From positions 212,786,001 to 212,850,000 of the forward strand of contig NC_086097.1 in assembly GCF_963921235.1 (NCBI RefSeq): 64,000 nucleotides of DNA. Direction: 5' to 3'. Source of the stretch: Mobula hypostoma. Its lineage: Eukaryota. Within the stretch, counting starts at the first letter, position 1; each line of letters begins with the position of its first letter. The translations under genes were made by a program, and so were the position numbers. This document shows positions 26,421-38,356 of this stretch, in pieces. The notes under the pieces are model-generated. The model searched no databases. It worked only from the letters and a program-made list of their open reading frames with translations, and was not told where the DNA came from.

Positions 26421-26604
26421 CAGCACTATGTTCCTTTAAAAGGAAAAAAAAAACAGGTGCAATGTCTTTGTTGTTTTACGGAGATCATTAGATAATGAAG
26501 AAAAATGTCAGCATTCTCATATTAATAAAACACTGAGATTCCTCATCTAGTTATCAATGTGGCACAAGGAAATAATGTCTAAACAATATTAGATGTTAAC
26601 ATAT

Positions 26605-27626
26605 GTATTCAGACTCACTCTACCAAGCATCTTGTTAGCAAATGTACAGTCACTGGAGAATAAGTCTGAGGGCCTGAAGGCAATATTGACATCTCAAAGG
26701 GAAATGAGAAATTGTTGCATTCTACGTTTTACTGAGATATGGCTTTCCTCCAGTATGTCAGATTCAGTGATCAGGCCCGAAGGCTCCTTGCTACACAGGA
26801 GGAACTAAAGCACTAAAAAACTAAAAGGTGAAGGTGTGTGTTTTATGATAAGCTCTCTGTGGTGCTCCACTGTGGTGGTTTTATCGTACTTGTGTTCCCC
26901 CGAACTGGAACGCTTGACAATCAAATGCTGACCATTCTATTTACCAAGGGAGTTTTCCTCTGTGATCCTGACTGCAGCTTACTGTACATATCACCATCGA
27001 GGGACTTTAATCAGTCACTTGAGACACTGCATACTGCAAACAAGAAACAGTCCACCCCAACACCTTTCAAATCATAGTCGAGGACGTCAACCAGGCTTGT
27101 TTGAAGAAATCTCTACCCAATTAGCATCAGCATATAACCTGTAGCACCAGAGGTTCCAACACACTACATCACTGCTATAAAACACAAAATCATTCAGAGT
27201 CTTCCCCAACCATGAGCCTGAATGAACCAGAAGTCCTGTGTTATGCTAAGGGCCAGATCAGAAGCATTCAGATCTGGTGACCAAGTAAGACGCAAGAGGT
27301 TCAGTTATGATCTCTGGAAAGCCATCTCACAGGCGAAGTGGCAGTTGTGAACTAAACTTGGATCAATGAAGGATGTTCCATTGATCTGACAGGGCTGGAA
27401 TGCTATTACCTCTTACAAAGTGAAATCAACTGACATAGAAGACAACAGGGCTTTGCTTCCAGAAGAGCACGATGCTTTCTATGCTTGCTTCGACCATCAA
27501 AATATGGAGGAACCCTCACAATCTCCCACAGCCCCTGATGATGATGTGTTTTCATTTTCTCGTGTTGACATGAGTGCATCATTTAGGACAGAGAACCCAC
27601 GGAAAAGCATCCAGCCCAGATGCGGT
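26605..27626 (+). mobile_element. Degraded Rex1/Babar LINE 5' part (APE endonuclease), truncated by a Gypsy LTR
   Basis: LPSILLANVQSLENK..CCILRFTEIWL (ORF 26593-26808); LPEEHDAFYACFD (ORF 27420-27659). Confidence 0.8.
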
Positions 27627-29040
27627 TGTAGTTTTGCAAGAATTGTTTTATATGCTTAACAAAAGCTGCAGCCCTTTACTTCCATTATGAGCAAACCAAA
27701 AACAGTCACCTTACACTGATATCATTATGTCAGATACTATCTCTTAAGGTGAACACAACTCCTCAATGACTGTGTTTGCGACTTAAGTTGAACAGTTTCT
27801 ATTATGAACAATGTGTGTCATCTGTCACCCATTACATTACCCTACACAGCCACCTACCACCTACCCCCCCCCCCCCAGAATTTACCAAAACTGGCATTGT
27901 GAACCTGTCTGGAGCTCATATGAGCCACCCGGCTCGTGTCCTTATGTGCCTTTGTTAGAGTAACAGCAGGGGCCTCTGGCTCATCCAGGGGTTTGCTGAC
28001 ACGCCCATGGTCATGTTGTGATTCAGGGGGTATAGTAGTGGAACCATCCGGGTCTTGGTGGGATGGTTTAAGATGATCTACAGAAATATGTTCAGGTTTA
28101 CTCTACAAAAGAGTATTTTTGCCCAGTTCCAAACGCATAAGGGGTCATTGTAATTGAGCTTAAATGGGTGTTGACGTGCAGCAGGGCAGACAAAAATATC
28201 TGAAGGTCAACTGGAACCCAAGAGTGTTGTACGTCATGATGGGAGTTAGGAATATGCGTAAAAGAATTGAGTTTCCTTAGCAGGGTGGAACTCCGCTGAG
28301 ACGCCGACCTGGTGGTCATGGCATCAGGAATAAAGTCACCTGGCATCTTTAGGGACTGCCCATACACCAACACAGCTGCGGAGGACTGCAGCTCCTTCAT
28401 CTGAGCCGTTCTGAGCCCCAGCAGGACCCACAGGAGTCGATCATGCCAACACTCATCTGACAGGGAAACCTTCAGAGCAGCCTTTAAGGAACGGTAAAAC
28501 CACTTGCACAGGCCATTGCAGTGCATGTGATATGTCTTGGTGTGATGTAATTTAACACTGAAGTTCTTGCCCATTGCGACCGAGAGGTCTGATGTGAATT
28601 GGGGCCGCAGTTGGAAGAAATGTCAAAAGAGGTACCGAATAGAGCGACCCGGTTGTTGATGAATACCTGAGCCATGTCTGCAGCCATCGTTGATTCTAGA
28701 GGGACAACCACTGGCCACCTGGTGGTACGGTCCACCACGGTAAGCAGGTGTGTGAAACCACAGATTGGGGGGAGAGAGGACCAACCAAGTCCATGTTGAT
28801 TTGGTCAAACCGCAGCTCAGGCACCTCGAAAGATGCCAATGGTGCCCAAAAGTGCATTTAATTTTTGCCAGCTGACACACAACACAGGCTGCAATCCAGT
28901 CTTGCACATCCTCCATAAGGCCATGCCATGCAAACTTTAAAGCACCCAGTTTCTGTGAAGCCTTCTCGCCCAGTTGCAAGAGGCCTCAAATGAAGGTAAA
29001 AACACTATGCCTCCAGTTTGCAGACACTGAGACAACCAGT
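27627..29040 (-). mobile_element. Ty3/Gypsy relic: integrase, polypurine tract and 3' LTR
   Basis: Minus ORFs: FAWHGLMEDVQDWIAACVVCQLAK (Zn finger), VDRTTRWP..FGTSFDISSN, HHTKTYH..NGL..RSLKAALK..LLGLRTA; G-run PPT (plus C-run ~27864-27876); LTR 27627-27846 with TGTAG...CTACA ends. Confidence 0.85.
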
Positions 29041-29171
29041 TGAGACTTTGCACAAGAGAAAAACTCGACATCAGCCAACCGCAGGCCCATGACACCAGTA
29101 CTGCAAGGCTGGACTTCTACCTTATCAGACCGCTTAATCATATAAATGTCTCAATTATTATCACAATATCA

Positions 29172-29636
29172 CAAACATCCCACCCTGTAAAAACTCATTT
29201 CAGGGAGGTGGCACCATCAATTTGCGGGAGACTTCCGGAACTTCCAGGAGAGGTGGGATGTCTGCAATAGAGTAGCTCCTTAGCAGCTAGCCAGCTAGTT
29301 TAAATAACATTAGCTATGCTAATGAACGAATGACCCCTGTTAAACTCACCTCAACATCTCTTTCACAGTCTTAACCCACCATGGACAATAGAAAAGTCAC
29401 TGTTGCAAACAGTGCAGTGAGCAACACTGTCATAATTTTGACCCCTATTAGGCAGGGGTACACTTTAGTGTAGTCTGGGGTGACGTACGTTTTATATTTT
29501 CTTTTTTTGGAACACTCTGCCACTCTGACTTTTTTGGAACTCTCTTGCTCTTGCTGTCGCTCTCTCTCTCGCTCTCACGCTCTCTCTCGTGGTCGCTCTC
29601 ACTCGCACTCCCTCTCTCGCGCTTGCTTTCTTGCTC

Positions 29637-29671
<35 letters not shown>

Positions 29672-29842
29672 CTCATGGTCGCTCTCTCTCACACTTGCTT
29701 TCTCACTCTTTCTCGCGCGTTCTCTCACGCTCGCTCTCAAAAAAATCAATTTCCGGGACATTGTATATAATTTGCGGGCATCAGGGAGCCACTATTAATA
29801 TACGAGAGACTCCTGGAACTTCCGGGAGAGGTGGGATGTCTG
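29172..29842. mobile_element. Non-autonomous DNA transposon (hAT-like) with CT-rich core
   Basis: TIRs CAAACATCCCACC 29172-29184 / GGTGGGATGTCTG 29830-29842 (12/13); 6-bp TSD ATATCA 29166-29171 / 29843-29848; (CT)n-rich tract 29540-29740. Confidence 0.75.
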
Positions 29843-30699
29843 ATATCATCTTCTAAATTCAAAGGTATACAACCCACTCTACACAACTTGTCCTTATAAT
29901 TTCACCCTGGTATAAATAAGGTGAATTTCATTGTATCTCCTCCAAAGACAATAAGAAATAACCCAATGGATCATAATGCTGCATTTTTTGGAAATTAATG
30001 TCAAGCTAAACATCAAGATGAGCAAAAACAAACAACAGGAGAACTGAAAGAGAAAGCACTTTTCCTCGAGCAGTTATTATTGTGACTAAAGTCATGGAAG
30101 GAAATGGCACTCAAAGAAGACAGCTTATTACAATTATCTGAAGATCACAAATTGTTTCACAAGTGATAGTGACAATTGTAATGTTGATTGATAGAACCAC
30201 AATATAGCATGCAACAAGGCCCAACAAGACAGAATATGATGATTACAGAGTTAATGTGCTTTTGGCAGTGTTCGTTGAGAGATGAATATTGGCCAGGGTA
30301 ACTTTTTGCTCTCTTTGAGTACTACAGTGGAATCTCAGTTGTCTGCTGGAGCCATCTGAAGGACAACACATCTAAATATTCAGTATTCTTGCTGTGTAGG
30401 TGTTCCAGAATGGCAAGGGACTACAAATGCCAGGGCACCACTCTTCAGCCAACATGTGTTTAAATAAATTTTATGAATAATTTGAATCACTCCACATGAG
30501 AATGAAAAGATTATTTGGACTGGCTTCCACACTACCCTAGATTTTATTACATTGGAATTAGCAGTGTAGCAGTCTTGTATTCTTTTATCAAGTTGGCATT
30601 TGGATAATTTTAAACAAGATAACTTAAGAATCCTGGTGATTGTGTTTCTGTATGGGTAGAAACTTTTCCTTATTTCATTAAGGCCTAGGTGTAGGACAT

Positions 30700-30950
30700 T
30701 TTGGTCTCACAGAACAATCCCAGCCCCCTCAGTAATTTTCCCTGTAATCACTCCCCACCCCATTTCTATCAACACTCTCAGGAACGACCAACGCACAAAT
30801 CCTTGGAATGGGTGGGGAAACCAAAGGATCCCAGGAAACCCACATGGGCACAAGAAGAGCGTGAAAATTCCACACAGACAACATCAAAAGTCAGGATTGA
30901 ATCCAGATAGCTAGAGTTTTGAAATATAATGCTTACTAGTTGTGCCACCA
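30700..30950 (-). mobile_element. Decayed V-domain SINE
   Basis: GGGGAAACCAAAGGATCCCAGGAAACCCAC..AGGATTGAATCC resembles the reverse V-domain and B box seen at 13100-13200. Confidence 0.65.
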
Positions 30951-32615
30951 GCAGGTATAAATAGAGAATTTTGACTTCAAGGTGCAGGAAACTGAAATAC
31001 AAAGCTTTCAAACAACCAAATGCTAAACTTCAGTTTCTTCTATAATTATGATTCTTGCCTTATTTACTGAACCTAAATAAACTGAAACCAAGGTTGCTTC
31101 CTTGGTGTCACACACAATTTAGGTCCTCTTTCTTGAGGGACCAGCATTCTGTTCATGGCAGCAAGAAGTGGTGCCTCATTTTCATTCTGCTAAAAAGATC
31201 ACTGTAACAATTTCACTTGCTGAATCACAAATGAAGACAGGCTTCAATTTCTGCAAAAGTACTTCTTGACACAGTGAAAGATAAATACTCGAACAGAATG
31301 TTAGTGGCTTGTGGTAATTGTAATAGACTGTCTTCCAATAAATTAAATGTAAAACGCTATTGGTGTTACTGAAGGCCAGTAGGAATGTATAAAGAAAATG
31401 CAACAAAATGCAATTTGTCAAATTATCTTTTAAGACCCAAATGTACTTCTCTGTTTTCCTGTCTATGAATTTGGTTGCGTGGTCCCAACAAATGCTTATT
31501 TAAATGAAAGAATTTAATAATATTACCAGAGATTGATGGAATCGGATCTGACTGTAATTTTCTACTCATAGGAGTACCATGACATTTAGAACTGTAGTGA
31601 CTCAATGAATTAAAATATTTTATGATGGACATTAATGTCAGACAAAGTAGGGGAACAATTACATGTGAATGCTAGGGTACTATTGTTTGTTTTACTACTT
31701 GCAATGTCACTGCACCTGTTTCAAATTTCTCAGCCACTCCATTGCCAGGCAATACATATATTACTGTTGCTTGAGCAATTTTGTTGCCATAGATATTGTT
31801 GTCAACATACTCAATTTGATTTATGTTTACTACAGGATGCAGTGCTATAATTATATTGAAAGGACTGTCTTGGCATCATAAGATTTTGTTAACTTCCCTC
31901 TTAGCCTCAGAGTCATTATACTAATTAGCTCTCAGTACACCACTTCTGAGGATATTTTCACAATTACAGTACAATTTATCATTTATGGCACTGTCCAATG
32001 TAGACAGAACCAGTTTTCACCTCTAGCTGTGTATGAACAGTTGTCAAAGGAATGCTCTTACAGTAAAATCCCATTGGGAGATCCAGTCCATTTTGAAGGC
32101 CATGTCTGATTAGTAAAGGACCAAATGTCCTTGAGTGAAAAGCAAGCGGCAAGTGAAGCATAATCACCATTCCAGGCGTCTGTGATATCTGGATTGGAAA
32201 GTGTCAATGCCCATTTCCCAGACGGGGTGGCCACGAAGAAACATCATTGCTCCTCTTATCTCAAAGTACAAAGGTCTAAGTAAATATATTAGCAAAGTAC
32301 ATATATGTCAACATATACAACCATGAGATTCATTTTCTTGTTGGAATAATCAGTAATAACCACAACAGAATCAACGAAAGTCTGCATCCAACACTATGGA
32401 CAAGCAGCCAACGGACAAAAGATAAAAAACTGTGCAACTAAAAAAAAGAAAGAAAAAGGGAAATAATAAAATATAATAATAGCAAATAAATAAGCAATAA
32501 ATAACAAGAACATGAGATGAAGAGTCCTTGAAAGTGAGTCCATAGGTTGTGGTTCAACAGTTCAGAGATGGTATGAGTGAAGTTGAAATAAATTATCCCC
32601 TCCGGTTCTAGAGCC

Positions 32616-33135
32616 AGCTGGTGGCGTAGTGGCATCAGCGCCAGACTTCGGAGCGAAGGCTCCTGAGTTCGAACCCAGCCAGCTCCCTGGCACGCTTTCT
32701 ATCTGTGCTGGGTTGAGCGTCGAGCTAGCAACTCGACCTTGTAAAAAAGAAGTTGCCTGCTACAGAAACATCAACAGCAAAATGTTAGCAACACACACAA
32801 AAAATGCTGGTGAATGCAGCAGGCCAGGCGGCATCTATAGGAAGAGGTACAGTCGACATTTCGGGCCGAGATCCCGCGTCAGGACTAACTGAAAGAAGAG
32901 ATAGTAAAGAGATTTGAAAGTGGGAGGGGGAGGGGGAGATCTGAAATAATAGGAGAAGACAGGAGGGGGAGGGATGGAGCTAACAGCTGGAAAGTTGATT
33001 GACAAAAGGGATACGAGGCTGGGGAAGGGAGAGGATCATGGGACAGGAGGCCCACCAACATTTTGCATCAACAGCAAAATGCTGATGGCCTATGCTCTCT
33101 CGTGAGTTTAAAAGGCAATTTCCTTTTCCTTTCCT
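32616..33135 (+). mobile_element. tRNA-derived SINE with RTE-like body
   Basis: A box TGGCGTAGTGG, B box GAGTTCGAACC, GAGCTAGCAACTCGACCTTGTAAAAA motif, (TTTCC)n tail; 12-bp TSD GGTTCTAGAGCC 32604-32615 / 33136-33147. Confidence 0.85.
32785..33065 (-). mobile_element. Penelope pLTR fragment inserted in the SINE
   Basis: Matches Penelope terminus; perfect 16-bp TSD CATCAACAGCAAAATG 32769-32784 / 33066-33081; hammerhead at 32851-32886. Confidence 0.88.
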
Positions 33136-33487
33136 GGTTCTAGAGCCTGATGGTTGAGGGGTAATGACTATTCCTAAACCTGGTGGCTTGTGTCCTGAAG
33201 CTCCTGTATTTCCCTCCTGATGGCAGCAGCGAGAAGAAAGCATGGCCTAGATGCTGGGGGTCCTTGATGATGGATGGTACTTTTCTGCAGTAGTGCTCCA
33301 AATAGATGTGCTCAATTGTGGGGAAGGCTTTACTAGTGGTAGACTGGGGCATATCCATTATTTTTGTAGGCTCTTCCGTTCAAGGGCCTTGATGTTTCCA
33401 TACAAGGCTATGATGCAGCCAGTCAATATACACTTCACCATACATCAGTTGAAGTTTGTCTGTGTTTTGGACGACATGCCGAATCTT

Positions 33488-35670
33488 AGAAACATAGAAA
33501 ACCTACAGCACAATACAGGCCCTTCGGCCCACAAAGCTGTGACGAACATGTCCTTACTTAGAAATTACCTAGGGTTACCCATAGTCCTCTATTTTTCTAA
33601 GCTCCATGTATCTATCCAGGAGTCTCGTATCTGCCTCCACCACCATTGCCAGCAGCCCATTCCACGCACTCACCACATTCTGCGTAAAAAATTTACCCCT
33701 GACATCTCCTCTGCACCTACTTCCAAGCATCTTAAAACTGTGCCCTCTTGTGTTAGCCATGTCATCCCTGGGAAAAAGCCTCTGACTATCCACACGATCA
33801 ATGCCTCTCATCATCTTACACGACTCTGTCAGGTCACCTCTCATCCTCCGTCTCTCCAAGGAGAAAAGACACGCTACCCAATCCAAGCAACATCCATGTA
33901 AATCTCCTCTGCACCCTTTCTACGGTTTCCACACCCTTCCTGTAGAGAGGCAATCAGAACTGAGCACAATACTCCAAGTGGGGTCTGAACAGGGTCCTAT
34001 ATAGCTGCAACATTACCTCTCTGCTCCTAAACTCAATCCAACAAATGATGAAGGCCAATGCACTGTACGCATTCTTAACCACAGAGTCAACCTATGCAGC
34101 AGCTTTGAGTGTCCTGTGGATTCAGACCCCAAGATCCCCCTGATCCTCCACACTGTCAAGAGTCTTACCATTAATACTATATTCTGCCATCATATTTGAC
34201 CTTCCAAAATGAACCACCTCACACTTACCTGGGTTGAACTCTATCTGCCACTATTTAGCCCAGTTTTGCATCCTATCAATGTCCCGCTGTAACCTCTGAC
34301 AGCCCTCCACACTATCCACAACACCTCCAACCTCTGTGTCATTAGCAAATTTACTAACTCATCCCTCCACTTCCTCATCCAGGTCATTTATAAAAATCAC
34401 GAAGAGTAGGGGTCCCAGAACAGATCCTTGAGGCGCATCACTGGTGGCTAACCTCCACACAGAATATGACCCGTCTACAACCATTCTTTGCCTTCTGTGG
34501 GCAAGCCAGTTCTGAATCCACAAAGCAATGTCCCCTGGATCCCATGCCTCCTTACTTTCTCAATAAGCCTTGCATGGAGTACCTTATCAAATGCCTTGCT
34601 GAAATCCATATACACTACATCTACTGCTTTACCCTAATCAAAGTGTTTAGTCACATACTCAAAAAATTCAATCAAGCTCGTAAGGCACGAACTGCCTTTG
34701 ACAAAGCCATGCTGACTATTCCTGAACATATTATGCCTCTCCAAATGTTTGTAAATACTGCCTCTCAGGATTTTCTCCATAAACTTACCAACCATTGAAG
34801 TAAGACATACTGGTCTATAATTTCCTGGGCTATCTCTACTCCCTTTCTTGAAAAAGGGAACAACATCTAGAACCCTACAATCCTCCGGAACCTCTCCCAT
34901 CCCCATTGATGATGCAAAGATCATCACCAGAGGCTCAGCAATCTCCTCCTTCACCTCCCACAGTAGCCTGGGGTACATCTCATCAGGTCTCTTTGACTTA
35001 TCCAACTTGATGCTTTCCAAAAGCTCCAACACATCCTCTTTCTTAATATCTACATGCTCAAGTTTTTCAGTCACTTGTAAGTCATGCCTACAATTGCCAA
35101 GATCCTTTTCCGTAGTGAATACTGAAGCAAAGTATTCATTAAGTACCTCTGCTATTTCCTCCAGTTCCATACGCACTTTTCTACTGTCACATTTGATCGG
35201 TCCTATTCTCTCATGTCTTATCCTCTTGCTCTTTACATACTTGTAGAACGCCTTGGGGGTTTTCTTTAATCCTGTCCACCAAGGCCTTCTCATGGCCCCT
35301 TCTGGCTCTCCTAATTTCATTCTTAAGCTCCTTCTTGCTAGCCTTATGATACTCTAGATCTCTATCATTACCTAGTTTTTTGAACCTTTCGTAAGCTTTT
35401 CTTTTCTTCTTGACTAGGTTTTGAACAGTCTTTGTACACCACGGTTCCTGTACCCTACCATCCTTTCCCTGTCTCATTGGACTGTACCTATGCAGAATGA
35501 CACGTAAATATCCCCTAAACATTTGCCACATTTCTTCCGTACATTTCCCTGAGAACATTTATTCCCAATTTATGCTTCCAAGTTCCTGCCTGATAGCCTC
35601 ATATTTCCCCTTATTCCAACTAAATGCTGTCCTAACTTGTCTATCCTACTTTCCTAACTTGTCTGTTCCT
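33488..35670 (-). mobile_element. 2.2-kb 5'-truncated CR1 ORF2 plus 3' UTR
   Basis: Minus ORFs 35211-35558, 34634-35320 (PGNYRPVCLTSMVGKFME..SQHGFVKG..CLTSLIEFFE), 33575-33886; tail at 33488. Confidence 0.95.
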
Positions 35671-36019
35671 AACTTCTAAGAACTTTATAAGAAAGTTTCT
35701 TCACAAACTTCTAAGAATGTAGAGACACTGCCATACTTTCTTCGTAATGGTTCCAGGGCAGATGCTCTGAGATGATAACACTAAGAAATTTCAAGTAGCT
35801 GATCCTCTCCACTTCTGATCCTCCCTCCTCTATCTTCCACAAAATAAGAAAGATATGTTTTGTGTTAATACCTCAGCTAACGAGGATTGAAATAATTGTG
35901 TATTTCCTTTTCAGTCAGGATGCACACATCAACCAAGATGATTGAGACTGTTTTTTATGCATAGAATTTATGTGTAGCTACCTTTTGCTTTACATTTTTC
36001 TGCTCATTTTACTTGAATA

Positions 36020-37633
36020 TGACAGAGAGGAGTTGTTTGCAAATTAGGCTGGATAAATCACGTGGGCCTGCCAATGTGTTTCCTCGAACACTATGGGAGA
36101 CAAGTGCAGAAATTAAAGGGGCCCTAGCAGAGAGATTTAAAACATCCTAAGCCATGGTGAGGTGCTAGAGGAATGGAGGATAGTTAATGTTATTCTGTTG
36201 TTGAAGAAAAACCCTAAGAATAAACAAGGAAATTATATGCTGTTGAGTCTGATGCCGCTAGTGTGAAAGTTATTGGAAGGTAGGTAGTATAAGGGAGTAT
36301 TTAGATAAAGGTAATTAGGGATAGTATTTAGATAGAGGTAATTAGGGATAGTCAATATGAATTTGTGTGTGGTAAGTCTTGTCTAACCAGTATCATGGAG
36401 TTCTTCGAGGAAGTTACTGTACGTGGAAAGTTGATGAAGGCAAGGCAGCAGATATTGTCTACATGGACATTAGCAAGACCTTTGACAAAGTCCTGCATGG
36501 GAGATTGGTTAAGAATATTCAGTCACTTGGCAGAGAAGATAAGGTAGTAAATTGGATTAGACATTGGCTCTGCGGAAGAAGCCAGAGAGTGGTTGTAGAT
36601 GGTCGCCTCTCCGACTGGAGAACTGTAATTAGGGATGTGCCGCAGGGATCAGTGCCGCATCCATTGTTGTTTGTCATTCATACCAATGATCTGGGTGATA
36701 ATGTGGTAAACTGGATCAGCAAATTTGCAGATGACACCAGGATTGGGGGTGTAGTGGACAGCGAGGGAGACAATCATAGCTCATAGTGGGATTTGACTAG
36801 CTGGAAAAATGGGCTGAAAAATGGCAGATGGAATTTAATGCAGATAAATGTGAAGTGTTACACTTTTGGAGGACTATCCAGAGTAGGTCCTAAATGGTGA
36901 ATTGGGCACTGAGGAGTATGGTAGAACAGAAGGATCTAGAAATACAGATTCATAATCTCTTGAAAGTTGTGTCACAGGTGGATAGGGTCGTAAAGAAAGC
37001 TTTTGGCATATTGGCCTTCATAAATCAATGTATAGAGTGCAGGAGTTGGGATGTTATGTTGCAATTGTAATACTAATTCCAATACTAATTTAGAGTATTG
37101 TGTACAGTTTTGGTCATCTACCTACAGGAAAGATGTAAATAAGAATGAAAGAGTGCAAAGAAAATTTACAAGGATGTTGCCGGGAACCTGAATTATATGG
37201 AAAGATTGAATGGGTTAGGGGTTTATTCTCTAGAAATTAGAAGACTGAGAGGAGATTTGATAGAAGAATACAAAATCATGAGGGGTATGGATAAGGTAAA
37301 TACAAGTAGGCAAGTAGGCTTTCTCCATTGAGGTTGGGTGAGACTATAATTAGAGGTCGTGGGTTAAGGGTGAAAGATGAAATGTTTAAGAGGAACATGA
37401 GGGGGAACTTGAATAAGAGGGATGTGAGACTACGGAACAAGCTGCCAGTGCAAGTGGTGGTTGCAGGTTCGATTTCAACATTTAAGAGATATTTGGATGG
37501 TACAAGGATAGGAGCGGTATGGAGGGATATGGTCTGGGTGCAGGTTGATAGGACTAGGTAGATTAATGGTTCGGCACAGACTAGATGGGCCAATGGTCAT
37601 GTTTCTGTGCTGTAGTGTTCTATGACTCTATGA
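36020..37633 (+). mobile_element. CR1 RT to 3' UTR, degraded
   Basis: ORF 36379-36786 VYMDISKTFDKVLHGRL..PQGSV..KFADDT; tail TTCTATGACTCTATGA. Confidence 0.93.
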
Positions 37634-37949
37634 TGGCTTTGCGGGTGATGGCCTCTTCATCGTTTAAAGACTTTGCTTGCTGATTACACTGGCAATGTAT
37701 ATGTATAACTTCTGAGGATCCAAATTCATTGGCTGATACAGTGCTGGTAATAAGCATTTTAAATAAATAACTTTTACATTTGATTTCTCCTCAGCTGATA
37801 CTGGGCAGATGATGAAATGTGTGGATTCAACCCTATACTAAGCAACAGAAATTCTGGCAGAAGTGCAAAGTAAGAAATCAAGAGAATTCTTAGAAGCTTT
37901 GTTCTCAGTGGAAGACAATATTAACAAGCAATTGAACTGATGCAATTCA

Positions 37950-38290
37950 TGAACCTATGTGTCTGCAGGATCAAGTCGGGGGATTGAACCATGGGCACCC
38001 GAGAAACCAAGGCCCACCATGACTGATAACCAGAGATATGGGCCAGCGGAGGTCACTCAGCTATCTGGTTGGCTGGCACCCAGTGTACACTAGCGGCCAA
38101 TGTGACAGCCAACCAGTCAGAACAATGAGTTGAACCAATATAACTATGGGAACTCAGCAGAAACAACAGTCAATTGCACACTGATGATGTCGCCTCAAAT
38201 GGCAATGAAACTTTTGCGGCCTAGCCTCAAGGCTTGGTGAACAACCCTGCAAGCAAGCAGCCAACCTGAGCTACCAATCTTCTCTTTCAC
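37950..38290 (+). mobile_element. Probable terminus of a second Penelope-like family
   Basis: Minimal hammerhead CTGATGA-TGTCGCCTCAAATGGCAAT-GAAA at 38181-38210; flanks do not match the other pLTR family; family call is inference. Confidence 0.55.
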
Positions 38291-38356
38291 TTCAATTAAG
38301 CAACAGAGTCTAAAGAACAACAAGTTACATGTAAAATTGCCTATAGTAAGATGCTA

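Larger units (their letters stand above)
32262..35825 (-). mobile_element. Rex1/Babar 3' portion hosting SINE, Penelope and CR1 insertions
   Basis: Minus ORF 33140-33358 SIIKDPQHLGHAFFSLLPSGGKYRS..TRFRNSHYPSTIRL; 3' UTR 32262-32600; host resumes ~35700-35825 after the CR1. Confidence 0.85.

Noticed and set aside
29480..29856. Overlapping Ser/Leu- and Arg/Glu-rich ORFs
   Set aside because: Artefacts of the (CT)n-rich tract inside a DNA transposon
32613..32690. tRNA-Arg-like gene
   Set aside because: Anticodon stem does not pair well, there is no T-run terminator, and it is the head of a TSD-flanked SINE
33251..33901. 216-aa plus-strand ORF
   Set aside because: Antisense read-through across the Rex1/CR1 junction
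36297..36352. 27-bp tandem duplication
   Set aside because: Ordinary slippage inside a dead CR1
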